Assembly (NCBI GenBank): GCA_964423265.1
Contig: CAYREF010000003.1
Coordinates: forward strand, 1,912 to 65,911
DNA length: 64,000 nucleotides
Origin: an uncultured Actinomycetota bacterium
GTDB taxonomy: Bacteria; Actinomycetota; Humimicrobiia; Humimicrobiales; Humimicrobiaceae
Direction: 5' to 3'
In this document: in pieces, positions 39,447-50,377 of the stretch
Position numbering within the stretch: position 1 is the stretch's first letter
How the letters are laid out: every line of letters starts with the position of its first letter
The notes under the pieces: model-generated
What the model was told of the DNA's origin: nothing
What the model saw: only the letters and a program-made list of their open reading frames with translations
The model's database searches: none
Program-made: the position numbers and the translations under genes

Positions 39447-42119
39447 ATGGATTTGCGTAAACAATTTTTAGATTATTTTGAAAAAAAAGGCCATTTAATA
39501 TTACCGTCTTCGAACCTAATACCTGAAGATGACCCTAGCGTCCTTTTGACTACTGCAGGCATGCAGCAATTCAAACCCTACTATCTGGGAACAAAGACTC
39601 CGCCCAGAAAGAGAATAGCTACTGTACAAAAATGTTTCAGGACGTCAGACATTGACAGTGTTGGTTATTCCAAAAGGCATTTAACTTTTTTTGAAATGCT
39701 AGGCAATTTTTCGTTTGATGATTATTTTAAAAAAGAGGCAATAGAATTTGCCATTGACTTTATTGTCAATGATTTAGGGATTTCTATTAAAAAATTATGG
39801 GCGGCAGTATTTAAAGGTGAAGGAAAACTTCCTAAAGATAAACAGGCGGTTACATTATGGAAAAGCAAAGGGATTCCAGAAGAGCGGATTTGTGAATTCG
39901 GGAAATCTGAAAATTTCTGGGGTCCTGCAGGCGATACTGGTCCTTGTGGGCCATGCACCGAAATTTATTATGATTTTGGAGAAGAATACGGTTGTGGGAA
40001 GAAAGAATGTGGTCCCAGCTGTGATTGTGACAGGTTTCTAGAGATTTGGAATTTAGTTTTTACCCAATATGATTTTAATGGAAAAGATTATCTGGAATTA
40101 CCTAGCAAAAACATAGATACAGGCATGGGCCTGGAAAGGATTGCTGCGGTAATGGAGGGAGACCCTTCAGTATTCAATACATTATTGTTCAAAGATATAA
40201 TGGAAAAAATAAATGGCTTGTCTGGAGAACACAACAAAAAGGATAGAAAAAAAACCAGGGCCAAAAGGATTATTGCTGATCACATAAGAGCTATTTATTT
40301 TTTAATTTCTGACGGTATAATACCCTCTAATGAAGGAAGAGGTTATATCTTAAGAAGAATTATAAGGAGAGCTATACGGTATGGAAAGCTCCTAGAGATA
40401 AAAGGGCAGTTCTTAAATGAAATAGGTAAACAAGTCATTAAAAATTATAGCTCAACTTATCCTGAGTTAAAGGAGAAAAAAGAATTTTCAGAGAAAGTGG
40501 TAAGGGACGAGGAAGAAAGGTTTTCGAAAACATTAAAAGAGGGGAGTAAGGTATTGCTAGAGAATATAGAGGCTTTAAAAAAAGAAGGCAAGGATTCTAT
40601 TGATACCAGGGATGCCTTTAAATTATATGATACCTTTGGCTTTCCTATAGAATTGACCCAGGAAATATTAAACGATCACGGCATAAGAGTTAATTTGGGA
40701 GAATTTAAGGATTACCTAGAAGAGCATTCTAAAAAGTCAAAAAATAAAACGGCTTTTGACAAAAAATTGGATGAAAAAATTAACATCTATTCAGAGGTTT
40801 CAAAAAAATATAGTACCGAATTTATAGGATATGAAAATTTTAGGGCAGACTCTGAAGTATTAAAAATATTTAAATATGATAATAAGAAGCTTGCTCCTGC
40901 CAGGCAGCTTTCAGAAGGTGAAAAAGGTGAAATAATTTTAAGGGCAACACCATTCTATGGGGAAAAGGGCGGCCAGGTTGGCGACCAGGGTGTAATAACT
41001 GAAGATGGTTCTAAATTTGCTGTAAGTGATACCCAGATACCGGTAGATAGCCTGTACTTGCATAAAGGGCAGCTAAATAAGGGTAAAATAAAGGTTGGAG
41101 ATAAGATTAAAGCTGCTGTTGATATAAAACGGAGGAAAGACATAAGCAGAAATCATACTTCAACTCACCTGCTCCATTGGGCCCTAAGAATTGTTTTAGG
41201 ACAGGAGGTAAAGCAATCAGGGTCTTTTGTGGCTAATGACAGGTTTAGGTTTGACTACACTGCTTACCAGACACCAAATGAAGAAGATTTTAGGAGAATT
41301 GAGAAACTGGTAAATGAAAAAATTCAGGCAAACGATACAGTTAAGTGCTTTGAAACTACAAGAGAGTATGCAGAAGAAATTGGAGCTATTTCACTTTTTG
41401 AAGAAAAATACGGTAAATTTGTAAGAGTAGTGGAAATAAATAATTATAGCAGGGAATTATGTGGAGGAACTCATGTAAAAAGGACAGGCGATTTAGGGTT
41501 GTTTAAAATATTGTCTGACACTAACATAGGGGCAAATTTAAGGAGAATGGAGGCTTGTACCGGTATGCATGCCTATAACTTACTTAATGGCAAAAATGAA
41601 CTAATAGAAAAAGTTAAAGATATATTAGGAACCAGTGAAAATAATTTACTGAATGCAGTAAAAGAGACAAAAGGGAAACTTGATAAATTACAGGATGAAC
41701 TTAGCCATATGAGGATTAACTTAGCCAGGGATGAAATCCTTAAAAAATTTGGCTATGACAAAAATAACGGTAAATTAAAAATTATATATTATGATTTTTC
41801 GAAATCCGGTAACAAGGATTCAATGGATGCGAAAAGTATGGGAATAATTGGAGATGAAATAAGGGACATATACAATCAAAGGAATACCGCCATTATTTTC
41901 GGTAATATATTGGGCGATAAGCCAGTATTGATACTTCAGGCTACTGATGATTTAATTGACCAGGGACTTCATTGTGGAAAGCTAGCCAAAGCTGCTGGAA
42001 AAATTTTAAAAGGCGGAGGAGGCGGAAAACCGGGTTTTGCTCAATCAGGAGGATCAGATAGTTCACAGCTTGGCAAGGCAATTATAGCCATGAAAGAAAA
42101 AATTGAACAAGAATTATGA
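39447..42119 (+). CDS. alaS: Alanine--tRNA ligase
   Basis: 890 aa with a class II catalytic core, editing domain (HTSTHLLH...CGGTHV) and C-terminal DHHA1-like domain. Confidence 0.95.
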   Translation: MDLRKQFLDYFEKKGHLILPSSNLIPEDDPSVLLTTAGMQQFKPYYLGTKTPPRKRIATVQKCFRTSDIDSVGYSKRHLTFFEMLGNFSFDDYFKKEAIEFAIDFIVNDLGISIKKLWAAVFKGEGKLPKDKQAVTLWKSKGIPEERICEFGKSENFWGPAGDTGPCGPCTEIYYDFGEEYGCGKKECGPSCDCDRFLEIWNLVFTQYDFNGKDYLELPSKNIDTGMGLERIAAVMEGDPSVFNTLLFKDIMEKINGLSGEHNKKDRKKTRAKRIIADHIRAIYFLISDGIIPSNEGRGYILRRIIRRAIRYGKLLEIKGQFLNEIGKQVIKNYSSTYPELKEKKEFSEKVVRDEEERFSKTLKEGSKVLLENIEALKKEGKDSIDTRDAFKLYDTFGFPIELTQEILNDHGIRVNLGEFKDYLEEHSKKSKNKTAFDKKLDEKINIYSEVSKKYSTEFIGYENFRADSEVLKIFKYDNKKLAPARQLSEGEKGEIILRATPFYGEKGGQVGDQGVITEDGSKFAVSDTQIPVDSLYLHKGQLNKGKIKVGDKIKAAVDIKRRKDISRNHTSTHLLHWALRIVLGQEVKQSGSFVANDRFRFDYTAYQTPNEEDFRRIEKLVNEKIQANDTVKCFETTREYAEEIGAISLFEEKYGKFVRVVEINNYSRELCGGTHVKRTGDLGLFKILSDTNIGANLRRMEACTGMHAYNLLNGKNELIEKVKDILGTSENNLLNAVKETKGKLDKLQDELSHMRINLARDEILKKFGYDKNNGKLKIIYYDFSKSGNKDSMDAKSMGIIGDEIRDIYNQRNTAIIFGNILGDKPVLILQATDDLIDQGLHCGKLAKAAGKILKGGGGGKPGFAQSGGSDSSQLGKAIIAMKEKIEQEL

Positions 42120-42517
42120 GAATATTAGGCTTAGATATTGGTGATAAGAGGGTAGGCTTAGCAATAACTGATAAGAACAGCCAAGTGGCTTCTCCGCTGA
42201 TGGTGCTTGAGAATAATGAAAACATAAAAGAAAATATTAAAAAAATTATTAAAGCCTATGACATCAGAAAGATTGTTGTGGGTATACCTTACAATCTCAA
42301 GGGACAAACAGGCCACCAGGCTAAGAAGACGCTTAACTTCATAGATTTAAATTTGTCAGATTTGGGAATTGAAATTATAAAAGCGGACGAAAGATTTACC
42401 TCAAAGATTCCTAAAAATCAGTTGCAACATCTTGACAAGAGTGTAATAGATAAGTATTCTGCCTGTATCCTATTAAATGATTATTTAACCAAAAAATTAA
42501 ACAATGAAAAAAATTAA
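42116..42517 (+). CDS. ruvX: Holliday-junction-resolvase-like pre-16S rRNA nuclease YqgF/RuvX
   Basis: MRILGLDIGDKRVGLAITD; overlaps the alaS stop. Confidence 0.85.
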   Translation: MRILGLDIGDKRVGLAITDKNSQVASPLMVLENNENIKENIKKIIKAYDIRKIVVGIPYNLKGQTGHQAKKTLNFIDLNLSDLGIEIIKADERFTSKIPKNQLQHLDKSVIDKYSACILLNDYLTKKLNNEKN

Positions 42518-43505
42518 AATAATACCCTTGGTGTTAATAATAATTTTTATTATTTCTTCCTGCAGCAACCTTTCCGGCAACAGCATCCAGGAAAATAATA
42601 TTGAGGAAGGTATAATGGTAGAAGTGGAAATAAGGGAAGGGGCAAGCCTGGCTGAAATTGCAGATTTGCTGGAAGAAAAAGGAGTCGTTGAAAGTGGCTT
42701 TGTATTCAGGTTATATGTTCAGCAAAAAGGCAAAGAAAAGGAGCTGCTGCCAGGAAAGTATAATTTAGAGACAGGCTCTGAGATGGAAGATGTGCTAAAT
42801 ATAATTTCATCAGGACCCAAAATTATAACCTATAAGCTTGCAATACCTGAAGGCTACATAGCAGAGCAGGTAAAGGAGAAGATAGTTGAAAAATTGCCTT
42901 TTATAGATTATCCGGAGGTTAATAATGCTTTAAGTGTAAGCAATTATAGTTATCCATTTTTACAAGGTATAGAAAGCCTGGAGGGATTCCTGTTTCCAAA
43001 AACTTATGAAGTAACTGCCAAATATGAGGCCGGAGACATTATTGAAATGATGCTCAACCAGTACCAGCATGAAACAAGTGCTCTGGATTATTCATTTGCC
43101 CAGGAAAATGACTTATCTCCATATGATATTTTAAAGATTGCCTCACTTATTGAAAGAGAAGCATATATTCCAGAGGAGCGCGAGCTTATTTCTGCTGTAA
43201 TCCATAATAGGCTGGATATCGGCATGCCTTTAGAAATTGATGCCACTGTTAGGTATGCTCTAGATAAGTGGGATAAAGACTTGACTAAATCAGACCTTGA
43301 ATATGATTCCAAGTATAATACAAGAATTTATCCAGGTCTTACACCTACACCCATTTGCAACCCAGGAGCTGCTTCCATTGAGGCAGCCCTAAATCCTGCA
43401 GAGGTGGACTACCTTTATTTTGTAGTAACAGATGAGGAAAAACATACGCATTCTTTTTCAAACACATTAGAAGAACATGAGCAACTTACCAATAACCAAA
43501 AATGA
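42504..43505 (+). CDS. mltG: Endolytic murein transglycosylase MltG (YceG family), lipoprotein-type N-terminus
   Basis: YceG-like domain with a signal peptide and lipobox IISSC. Confidence 0.8.
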   Translation: MKKIKIIPLVLIIIFIISSCSNLSGNSIQENNIEEGIMVEVEIREGASLAEIADLLEEKGVVESGFVFRLYVQQKGKEKELLPGKYNLETGSEMEDVLNIISSGPKIITYKLAIPEGYIAEQVKEKIVEKLPFIDYPEVNNALSVSNYSYPFLQGIESLEGFLFPKTYEVTAKYEAGDIIEMMLNQYQHETSALDYSFAQENDLSPYDILKIASLIEREAYIPEERELISAVIHNRLDIGMPLEIDATVRYALDKWDKDLTKSDLEYDSKYNTRIYPGLTPTPICNPGAASIEAALNPAEVDYLYFVVTDEEKHTHSFSNTLEEHEQLTNNQK

Positions 43506-44112
43506 TATTGTAAAGGAATATTTGGAAGAAAAAAAATTCCTAGGGGAATTCAGAAATGATGCAGAATTGAAAAAAATTCCCATTATTAGTGATGCAGTAG
43601 GTCAGTTCCTGAGTTTTTTTTGCATCCTAAATAAGCCAGACTCTATTTTAGAGATAGGTTGCGGGATAGGATATTCTTCGTATTTTTTATTAAAAAACAC
43701 TCCAAGGGCAAACTATATTGGTATTGACTTAAACAAGGAGAGGGCAAAAATTGCTAAACGGAAGTTAAAACAACTTTTTCCGGGAAAAAGAATAAAAATT
43801 TTAACCGGGGATGCAATCAAAAAAGTAAAAGAACTTGACTGTCAAGCAGATTTAGTTTTTATAGATGGAGCAAAGCATGAGTATCCAGATTATTTAAAAA
43901 GCCTTTTGGGTAAGGTTAGAAGGCATGGCTATATAATTGCCGATAATGTACTCTACAAAAACAAGGTGTTAAGCAAAAAAAAAGATTCACATGATACTAA
44001 TAGTGTAGAAGGTATTAGGGAATATATTATGCTGGCTTCAAATAAGAATAATTTCAAAACATATTTTTTTGATATTAATGATGGGATATCCGTATCTGAG
44101 GTGTTGATTTAA
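43477..44112 (+). CDS. Class I SAM-dependent O-methyltransferase (TrmR/YrrM-like)
   Basis: SAM motif ILEIGCGIGYSS and DLVFIDGAKHEY. It keeps the Bacillus mltG-yrrM-U32 neighbourhood. Confidence 0.7.
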   Translation: MSNLPITKNDIVKEYLEEKKFLGEFRNDAELKKIPIISDAVGQFLSFFCILNKPDSILEIGCGIGYSSYFLLKNTPRANYIGIDLNKERAKIAKRKLKQLFPGKRIKILTGDAIKKVKELDCQADLVFIDGAKHEYPDYLKSLLGKVRRHGYIIADNVLYKNKVLSKKKDSHDTNSVEGIREYIMLASNKNNFKTYFFDINDGISVSEVLI

Positions 44113-45338
44113 TGCAGGGGTTTAAGGTACCTGAACTACTTGTACCTGCAAATAACTTAAATGTGTTAAAGTACGCTGTACAATATGGGGCTGATGCAGT
44201 TTATGTGGGTGGTAAAAAATTTAATTTAAGGAGCGTTAGGGGTAATTTTACAGTAGAACAATTAAAAGAAGGGGTAGAATATGCCCATAAAAATGGTGTT
44301 AAGCTTTATCTTACTTTAAATTCAGTATTATTTGAAGATGAAACAGAAGAGCTCAAAAATTATATTGGCCAGATAAGGGATATAGGTATAGATGCAGTAA
44401 TAATAGCGGACCTAGGTATATTCAGCATAATCCAGAAGCATTGGCCAGGTGTAAAGATAAATATAAGTACCCAGGTTAACACAACCAATAGCCGTGCTGT
44501 TAATTTCTGGAAACAACTGGGGGCTAGCAGAGTTAATATTGCCAGGGAGGTTAAGTTTAAAGACCTTAAGGAAATTAAGGAAAAAACTGGCATTGAAATT
44601 GAAGTGTTTACACATGGGGCTTTGTGCATCTCTTATTCTGGCAGGTGCATGCTTAGCAAGTATATGGTGGGGCGTGATGCCAATAGGGGGAAATGTGCCC
44701 ATAGCTGCAGGTGGAAATATTATCTTATGGAAGAGGAGAGGCCTAACCTTTTTTTTCAAATTGAACAAAACAAAAAGGGTACCTATATTTATAATTCAAG
44801 GGATTTATGCCTCTTGCCGAGGTTAGAAGAGGTGGCAAGAATAAAAATAGACAGTTTGAAAATTGAAGGCAGGATGAAAACAGAAAATTATGTTGCTCTA
44901 ACCACTTGGGTGTATAGGCGTGCCCTTGACTATTTAAAGGCAGGTAATTTTAACCAGGAAAAGATAAATTTTTTAATGGAAGAGCTGGAAAAATGCTCGC
45001 ATAGGAATTTTACTTTAGGCTTTATGTTTTTGGAGGACCATAAGGAATTAGAGGACAATGAAAATGTGGGCTATATTAAAAAATATAGCTTTGTGGCCGT
45101 GTATAAAAGCTTTAGCGAGCATTTTAATGGGCCTGTCCTAAGAATTAAGAACCAGCTAAAAGTTGGAGAAACTTTAGATATTCTGCAACCAGGAAAAGAT
45201 CCGGTTAAAGTAAATATAGGGGAGATGGTAAAGGAAGAGAATAATGAACCGGTTGAAATTGCAAATCCTAATGATAGAATTATTATTCCAGGAATAGGAA
45301 ATTTAGATAAATTCTCTATTTTTAGAATAAAAACTTAA
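44112..45338 (+). CDS. Peptidase U32 family protein (YrrN/YrrO/TrhP-like)
   Basis: U32 N-terminal TIM-barrel signature (ELLVPANNLNVLKYAVQYGADAVYVGG) and Cys-rich segments. Confidence 0.8.
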   Translation: MQGFKVPELLVPANNLNVLKYAVQYGADAVYVGGKKFNLRSVRGNFTVEQLKEGVEYAHKNGVKLYLTLNSVLFEDETEELKNYIGQIRDIGIDAVIIADLGIFSIIQKHWPGVKINISTQVNTTNSRAVNFWKQLGASRVNIAREVKFKDLKEIKEKTGIEIEVFTHGALCISYSGRCMLSKYMVGRDANRGKCAHSCRWKYYLMEEERPNLFFQIEQNKKGTYIYNSRDLCLLPRLEEVARIKIDSLKIEGRMKTENYVALTTWVYRRALDYLKAGNFNQEKINFLMEELEKCSHRNFTLGFMFLEDHKELEDNENVGYIKKYSFVAVYKSFSEHFNGPVLRIKNQLKVGETLDILQPGKDPVKVNIGEMVKEENNEPVEIANPNDRIIIPGIGNLDKFSIFRIKT

Positions 45339-45386
45339 AATAATAATTTAGTTGAATCATTAATAAAAATATTTATAATTATAAAT

Positions 45387-45671
45387 ATGAGTAACTCTGT
45401 AAAAACATTTAAAATAGTTTTGGCTGGAAGAGTGCAAGGTGTAGGATTCAGGTATTTTACTGAATCAAGGGCAAGCAAGTATGCTATCAGGGGCCATGTA
45501 AGAAATAGGCCAGACGGAAAAGTAGAAATTGTTTGCCAGGGAAATAGCAAAGATCTTGACCAGTTTATAGAAGAGGTAAAAAAAGGACCTTCTTTTGCTG
45601 AGGTTGCTGATATCAATATAGAAAAGGTTGAAAACTCCAGAAATTATAATAGCTTTGAAATAAAATTTTGA
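45387..45671 (+). CDS. Acylphosphatase
   Basis: VLAGRVQGVGFRYFT signature; 94 aa. Confidence 0.8.
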   Translation: MSNSVKTFKIVLAGRVQGVGFRYFTESRASKYAIRGHVRNRPDGKVEIVCQGNSKDLDQFIEEVKKGPSFAEVADINIEKVENSRNYNSFEIKF

Positions 45672-46549
45672 AAATGATTAATTCAAAGACCAGGGTTGTG
45701 GCCCTTATAGGGTATCCTTCCAGGCATAGCTTATCTCCAATAATCCAAAATCACTTTATAAGCGAAAATAATAAGAATGCTGTCTATTTAGTGTTTGAAT
45801 TTAAACCTGATAAATTTATTCAGTCTTTTAATGGTATAAAGAACCTAGGGTTTATGGGGCTAAATGTTACCATGCCCTACAAAATGGAAGTTTATAAGAG
45901 ATGTACATATTTGGATGATACTGCAAGGGAAACCAGGTCTGTAAATACAGTTAAGTTTGTTGGTGGGGGAAAGATAGAAGGTTATAATACTGATGTTTAT
46001 GGTTTGCTGAAGTCTCTGGATGATTATGGATTTGGTTATAAGAGCAAAAATTGCCTGATACTTGGAGCAGGAGGAGCTGCCAGGAGCGCTGTTTTTGCTT
46101 TACTGGGTAGGCCGGTTAATACTATTTTCATATATAACCGGACAACCAAAAAAGCAAAGAAAGTAAAAAAATTATACAGAAAGCATGATAGAGGCAAAAT
46201 AGGGATAATCCGGGATTTAGGGGAAATAAATCCGGATAAGATAGATTTAATCATAAACTGTACTCCTGTGGGGATGGAGACAGGCGAAGGGTTAAAAGAA
46301 AAGCTTCCAGTACCCAGGAAATGGAACCTGCACGGCAAATTTATATTTGATATGGTTTATAATCCTGTTAATACCAACTTGGTTATGAAAGCTAAAAATG
46401 AAGACGCAAAGGTAATCAGCGGTTTGGATATGCTGGTTAACCAGGCTGCATTTTCTTTTAAGATATGGTTTAATATAAAAAAGGTTCCACAAACATCTAT
46501 GATTGCAGAGAAAATAAAAAAAATAATGCTCACTGGAGAAAAAATATGA
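45668..46549 (+). CDS. aroE: Shikimate dehydrogenase
   Basis: VVALIGYPSRHSLSPIIQNHF; NADP site ILGAGGAARS. Confidence 0.8.
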   Translation: MKMINSKTRVVALIGYPSRHSLSPIIQNHFISENNKNAVYLVFEFKPDKFIQSFNGIKNLGFMGLNVTMPYKMEVYKRCTYLDDTARETRSVNTVKFVGGGKIEGYNTDVYGLLKSLDDYGFGYKSKNCLILGAGGAARSAVFALLGRPVNTIFIYNRTTKKAKKVKKLYRKHDRGKIGIIRDLGEINPDKIDLIINCTPVGMETGEGLKEKLPVPRKWNLHGKFIFDMVYNPVNTNLVMKAKNEDAKVISGLDMLVNQAAFSFKIWFNIKKVPQTSMIAEKIKKIMLTGEKI

Positions 46550-47604
46550 ATTTAGATGATATTTTAAAGAGAGCGGCTGAAAGCAATGCTTCCGACCTCC
46601 ATATGACAGTATACCTTCCACCCGTGTTAAGAATAAATGGGGCCTTGGAAAAGCTGGAAGATTTCCCTAAATTTGAGCCGGATAGCTTAAAAGAACTGCT
46701 CTATAGCATTTTAACTGAAAAAGAGAAAAAAAGGCTTGAAAATGATTTAGAACTTGATTTTTCTCATTCTATATCCGGAGTAGGCAGGTTTAGGTGTAAT
46801 TACTATTTCCAGAGGGGCAGCCTCTCAGGGGCTTTTAGGGTTATAAGTACTGACATAAAGGCAATAGAAGAACTAAATTTACCCAAACAAATAGAGGAAT
46901 TCTCTACCTATCCGAGGGGATTGGTCCTTGTTACAGGCCCCACGGGAAGTGGTAAATCTACCACTTTGGCATCTGTTATTGATTTAATAAATAAAAAAAG
47001 GTCGGAAAATATTATTACAGTTGAAGATCCCATAGAGTATTTACACAAGCACCAGAAAAGCATTATTGCCCAGCGGGAAGTAGGCAGTGATACAAGATCA
47101 TTTGCAAATGCCCTAAAATATGTGCTAAGGGAAGATCCAGACATTATATTAGTGGGCGAGATGAGGGACCTAGAAACAATCTCCAGTGCATTGACTGCTG
47201 CTGAGACTGGACACCTTGTATTTTCTACTCTGCATACCCAGGATGCCCCACAAACTATTGACAGGATTATTGACATATTCCCAACCCACCAGCAACAACA
47301 GATAAGAGTTCAATTGGCCGGAACCTTAAAAGCCATAATGGTCCAGCAGCTATTGCCAGCTTCAGACCATAATGGCAGGGTGCCTGCAGTAGAGCTAATG
47401 TTTACAACTGGCGCTATCAGGAACATGATAAGAGAAATGAAAACGCACCAGATATATTCTGCTATACAATCCGGTGGCAGGAGAGGCATGGTTACCATGG
47501 ACAGGTCTTTAGCTAATTTATACAGACAAGGCAAAATATCAAAAGATCTAGCCTTGGAGAAGTGCCATAACCTAGAAGAAATGAAGAGGATGATAGGGGA
47601 ATGA
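46546..47604 (+). CDS. pilT: Type IV pilus retraction ATPase PilT
   Basis: ASDLHMTVYLPPVLRINGAL, Walker A GPTGSGKSTT; 352 aa (PilT size, not PilB). Confidence 0.85.
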   Translation: MNLDDILKRAAESNASDLHMTVYLPPVLRINGALEKLEDFPKFEPDSLKELLYSILTEKEKKRLENDLELDFSHSISGVGRFRCNYYFQRGSLSGAFRVISTDIKAIEELNLPKQIEEFSTYPRGLVLVTGPTGSGKSTTLASVIDLINKKRSENIITVEDPIEYLHKHQKSIIAQREVGSDTRSFANALKYVLREDPDIILVGEMRDLETISSALTAAETGHLVFSTLHTQDAPQTIDRIIDIFPTHQQQQIRVQLAGTLKAIMVQQLLPASDHNGRVPAVELMFTTGAIRNMIREMKTHQIYSAIQSGGRRGMVTMDRSLANLYRQGKISKDLALEKCHNLEEMKRMIGE

Positions 47605-48821
47605 CTTTATATAGCTATAGGGTTAGAAATGAAAAAGGCGAGCTGATAGAGGATACCATTGATTCTCAAAATGAGGAAGCAGTAGCCTCAAGCCTCAGGG
47701 AAATGAATTATTACATAATTGATATAAAGGAAACAAGGCCAGCTTCCAAGGGATTTAGCATACAATTAAATTTATTTAACCGTATTAGGCCCAGGGACAT
47801 ATCAGTATTTACCAGGCAATTTTCTACTTTAATTTCATCAGGCATGTCTTTAATAGAATCGCTGGAAGTGTTAAGGGAACAGGCTAGCAATGAACGTTTT
47901 GGTGAAATTCTACTGGATGTAAGGAGAAGTGTCGAGTCAGGGTTAACTTTATCAGAATCCCTGGCAAAGCACCCTAATATTTTTTCTAATTTATACATAA
48001 GCATGGTAAGTGCTGGAGAAGCAGGTGGAGTTTTGGATGAAACCCTTGATAAATTAGCTATGTTTTTAGAGAAAGAAGAAAATATAAGGTTAAAGATCAG
48101 GAATAAAACTGCATATCCTAAATTTGTTCTGGGCTTTGCGGTATTTATAATGATTGTAATAATATTATTTATTGTTCCCACATTCCAGGGCATATATGAA
48201 GAATTAGGAGTTCAGCTTCCGGTATTAACCAGGATAATAATTTTTATAGGTGATTTATTTAAGAAATTCTATACTTATATAATTTTAGCCATACTGATTT
48301 TTGGCGGAAGATATGCTTTCAAAAAATATATAAATACCCCTCGGGGCAGGTATAATTTTGATAGTCTAAGGATTAAATTACCAAAAGTAGGGGGTATAAT
48401 AAAAAAGATAGCTTTAGCCAGGTTTAGCAGGATATTAGGGACATTAATATCTGCAGGAATTCCCATACTAAGGAGTTTGGACATATTAATGGGTGTATCC
48501 GGTAACAAAATAATTGACAATTCCATAGAAGAAATAAAGGAGGACATAAGTGAAGGTGAAGGTATGGCTGAACCAATGAAAAACCATGCCATTTTTACTC
48601 CCATGATGATACAAATGGTAAATGTTGGGGAAAAATCCGGGGCTCTTGATGATATTTTAAACAAGGTGGCAGATTTTTACGATGAAGAGGTAAGCAATTC
48701 AATTGAAACTGTAATAACAATTCTGGAACCGATTCTCTTATTAGTGGTAGCTGTAATGGTAGCAATTATAGTATTATCACTCTATCTCCCGCTTTTTAAT
48801 GTATATCAATACATAAGTTAA
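47601..48821 (+). CDS. pilC: Type IV pilus platform protein PilC (GspF family)
   Basis: Two GspF repeats and 3 TM helices. Confidence 0.85.
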   Translation: MTLYSYRVRNEKGELIEDTIDSQNEEAVASSLREMNYYIIDIKETRPASKGFSIQLNLFNRIRPRDISVFTRQFSTLISSGMSLIESLEVLREQASNERFGEILLDVRRSVESGLTLSESLAKHPNIFSNLYISMVSAGEAGGVLDETLDKLAMFLEKEENIRLKIRNKTAYPKFVLGFAVFIMIVIILFIVPTFQGIYEELGVQLPVLTRIIIFIGDLFKKFYTYIILAILIFGGRYAFKKYINTPRGRYNFDSLRIKLPKVGGIIKKIALARFSRILGTLISAGIPILRSLDILMGVSGNKIIDNSIEEIKEDISEGEGMAEPMKNHAIFTPMMIQMVNVGEKSGALDDILNKVADFYDEEVSNSIETVITILEPILLLVVAVMVAIIVLSLYLPLFNVYQYIS

Positions 48822-48906
48822 TAAAAATTTAATATATATTTGTTGACAAAATCTATAATTATGTTAAATTAATATTGTAATATTTAATAAATAATATAAT
48901 TAATAT

Positions 48907-48935
48907 TTGACTAATTATTATATATAATATATAAT
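48907..48935 (+). promoter_or_regulatory. Consensus sigma-70-like promoter TTGACT-N17-TATAAT upstream of pilA, in an extremely AT-rich tract
   Basis: ttgact aattattatatataata tataat. RBS AAGGAGG at 48971. Confidence 0.35.
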
Positions 48936-48982
48936 TAAAACTTGTTAAAATGATAAAATTATTTTGAAACAAAGGAGGTCAT

Positions 48983-49417
48983 GTGAGAAGAATATATAAT
49001 TATTTTAGAAGAGATGAAAAAGGTTTCACACTGGTAGAGCTTCTGATTGTAGTAATCATACTTGCAGTAATATCCGGAATTGCAGTACCAAGCTATCTGG
49101 CCTTAAGAAACAGGGCCAGGGAATCTGCAACTGAAAATGAGATGAGGAACATAGCAACAGCTGTAGAGATGTATGCAGCAGATAACAATGGTAGCTATCC
49201 TACCTCTGCAGACGCTACAGCACTAGCTAGCGACATTAGTGCCTACATGGACAATATGCCAACGGCAGATGCTTGGGGCACAACCTATCAGTACACAAGT
49301 GCCGATGCCGATGGTAGCAGTTATACATTGGAAAGTTATGGTGTTGATAAAGATATTGACGGCGGCGACAACATAGTATTGACCGACGGGTCGTTTACAG
49401 AAACTGGCAGCTATTAA
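48983..49417 (+). CDS. pilA: Type IV major pilin (prepilin, class III signal)
   Basis: Leader MRRIYNYFRRDEKG followed by FTLVELLIVVIILAVISGIAV (F+1, E+5). Confidence 0.8.
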   Translation: MRRIYNYFRRDEKGFTLVELLIVVIILAVISGIAVPSYLALRNRARESATENEMRNIATAVEMYAADNNGSYPTSADATALASDISAYMDNMPTADAWGTTYQYTSADADGSSYTLESYGVDKDIDGGDNIVLTDGSFTETGSY

Positions 49418-49450
49418 AAGCAATAACTACTAAATTAGTTTAAATTTGAA

Positions 49451-49493
49451 GTAAAGAGGCTTAACAAAAAATAAGCCTCTTTACTTATTTTTT
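49451..49493 (+). terminator. Strong rho-independent terminator after pilA
   Basis: Perfect 12-bp inverted repeat GTAAAGAGGCTT-aacaaaaaat-AAGCCTCTTTAC followed by TTATTTTTT. Confidence 0.7.
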
Positions 49494-49610
49494 GACTATA
49501 AAAAAACAGTGTGTTAATATACAAAAGTACAAATAGTTATTTCCCTATATAGTAATAGAAAAGTATAAATATAGTAATTTAATATAGAAAATATATAATA
49601 GGATTGCAAA

Positions 49611-50363
49611 ATGAAAATCTTTCTATATATCCTATTTTTTTTGATTGGCCTTGTAATAGGAAGTTTTTTGAATGTCGTAATATATAGGATCCCCCGGAAA
49701 AAATCTATTATAAATCCCCCCATTTCGGTTTGCCCTTACTGTGAGGCTAAAATTGCTTTTTATGATAATATCCCCATAATTTCATATCTAATCCTTAAAG
49801 GTCGGTGCAGGCATTGCAAGGCAAGGATTCCTGTAATTTATCCATTAATTGAATTGCTTACTGCTATGTTTTTTGTGGTTAGTTTTTACTTTTTTGGCTT
49901 AAGCTTACCGTTTTTATCTGCGGTAATTTTTACTAGCGCATTAACTACTATATCAGCTATAGATATGCAGTTTAGGATAATTCCCAATATAATTACCTGG
50001 CCGTTAACGGCTATTGGATTGGGCTTAAGTATAATAATAGATTTAGAGAACTGGTGGATGCCACTGGCATTCTCTGCAGGGGCTTTTGTTTTTATGCTCA
50101 TAATCCATTTGATCTACCCTAAGGGGATGGGGATGGGGGATGTGAAACTGAGCATGATGATAGGGGCATTTTTGGTTAAGGCGGTTATACCGGGATTGTT
50201 TTTTGGTTTTTTAGCGGGTTCTTTGTATGGGTTGGGTGCTATTATAGCCAGGAAGAAAAAATTCAAGCAGACAATACCATTTGGACCATTTATAGCCATT
50301 GGTAGTATAATAGCATTGTATTGTGGTAATGATATTATAAGGTGGTATTTGGAATTTTTTTAA
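49611..50363 (+). CDS. pilD: Prepilin peptidase PilD (A24 family)
   Basis: N-terminal zinc motif CPYCEAKI...CRHCKARI, TM helices, catalytic Asp residues. Confidence 0.85.
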   Translation: MKIFLYILFFLIGLVIGSFLNVVIYRIPRKKSIINPPISVCPYCEAKIAFYDNIPIISYLILKGRCRHCKARIPVIYPLIELLTAMFFVVSFYFFGLSLPFLSAVIFTSALTTISAIDMQFRIIPNIITWPLTAIGLGLSIIIDLENWWMPLAFSAGAFVFMLIIHLIYPKGMGMGDVKLSMMIGAFLVKAVIPGLFFGFLAGSLYGLGAIIARKKKFKQTIPFGPFIAIGSIIALYCGNDIIRWYLEFF

Positions 50364-50377
50364 AAGGTTAGGTTAAT

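Noticed and set aside
48822-48982. Extremely AT-rich tract with short AT and TA repeats before pilA, considered as a possible IS or prophage scar or CRISPR leader
   Set aside because: There are no terminal inverted repeats, no transposase or integrase ORF, and no spacer-repeat periodicity. It contains a consensus -35/-10 pair and an RBS, so it is interpreted as the pilA promoter and UP-element region.
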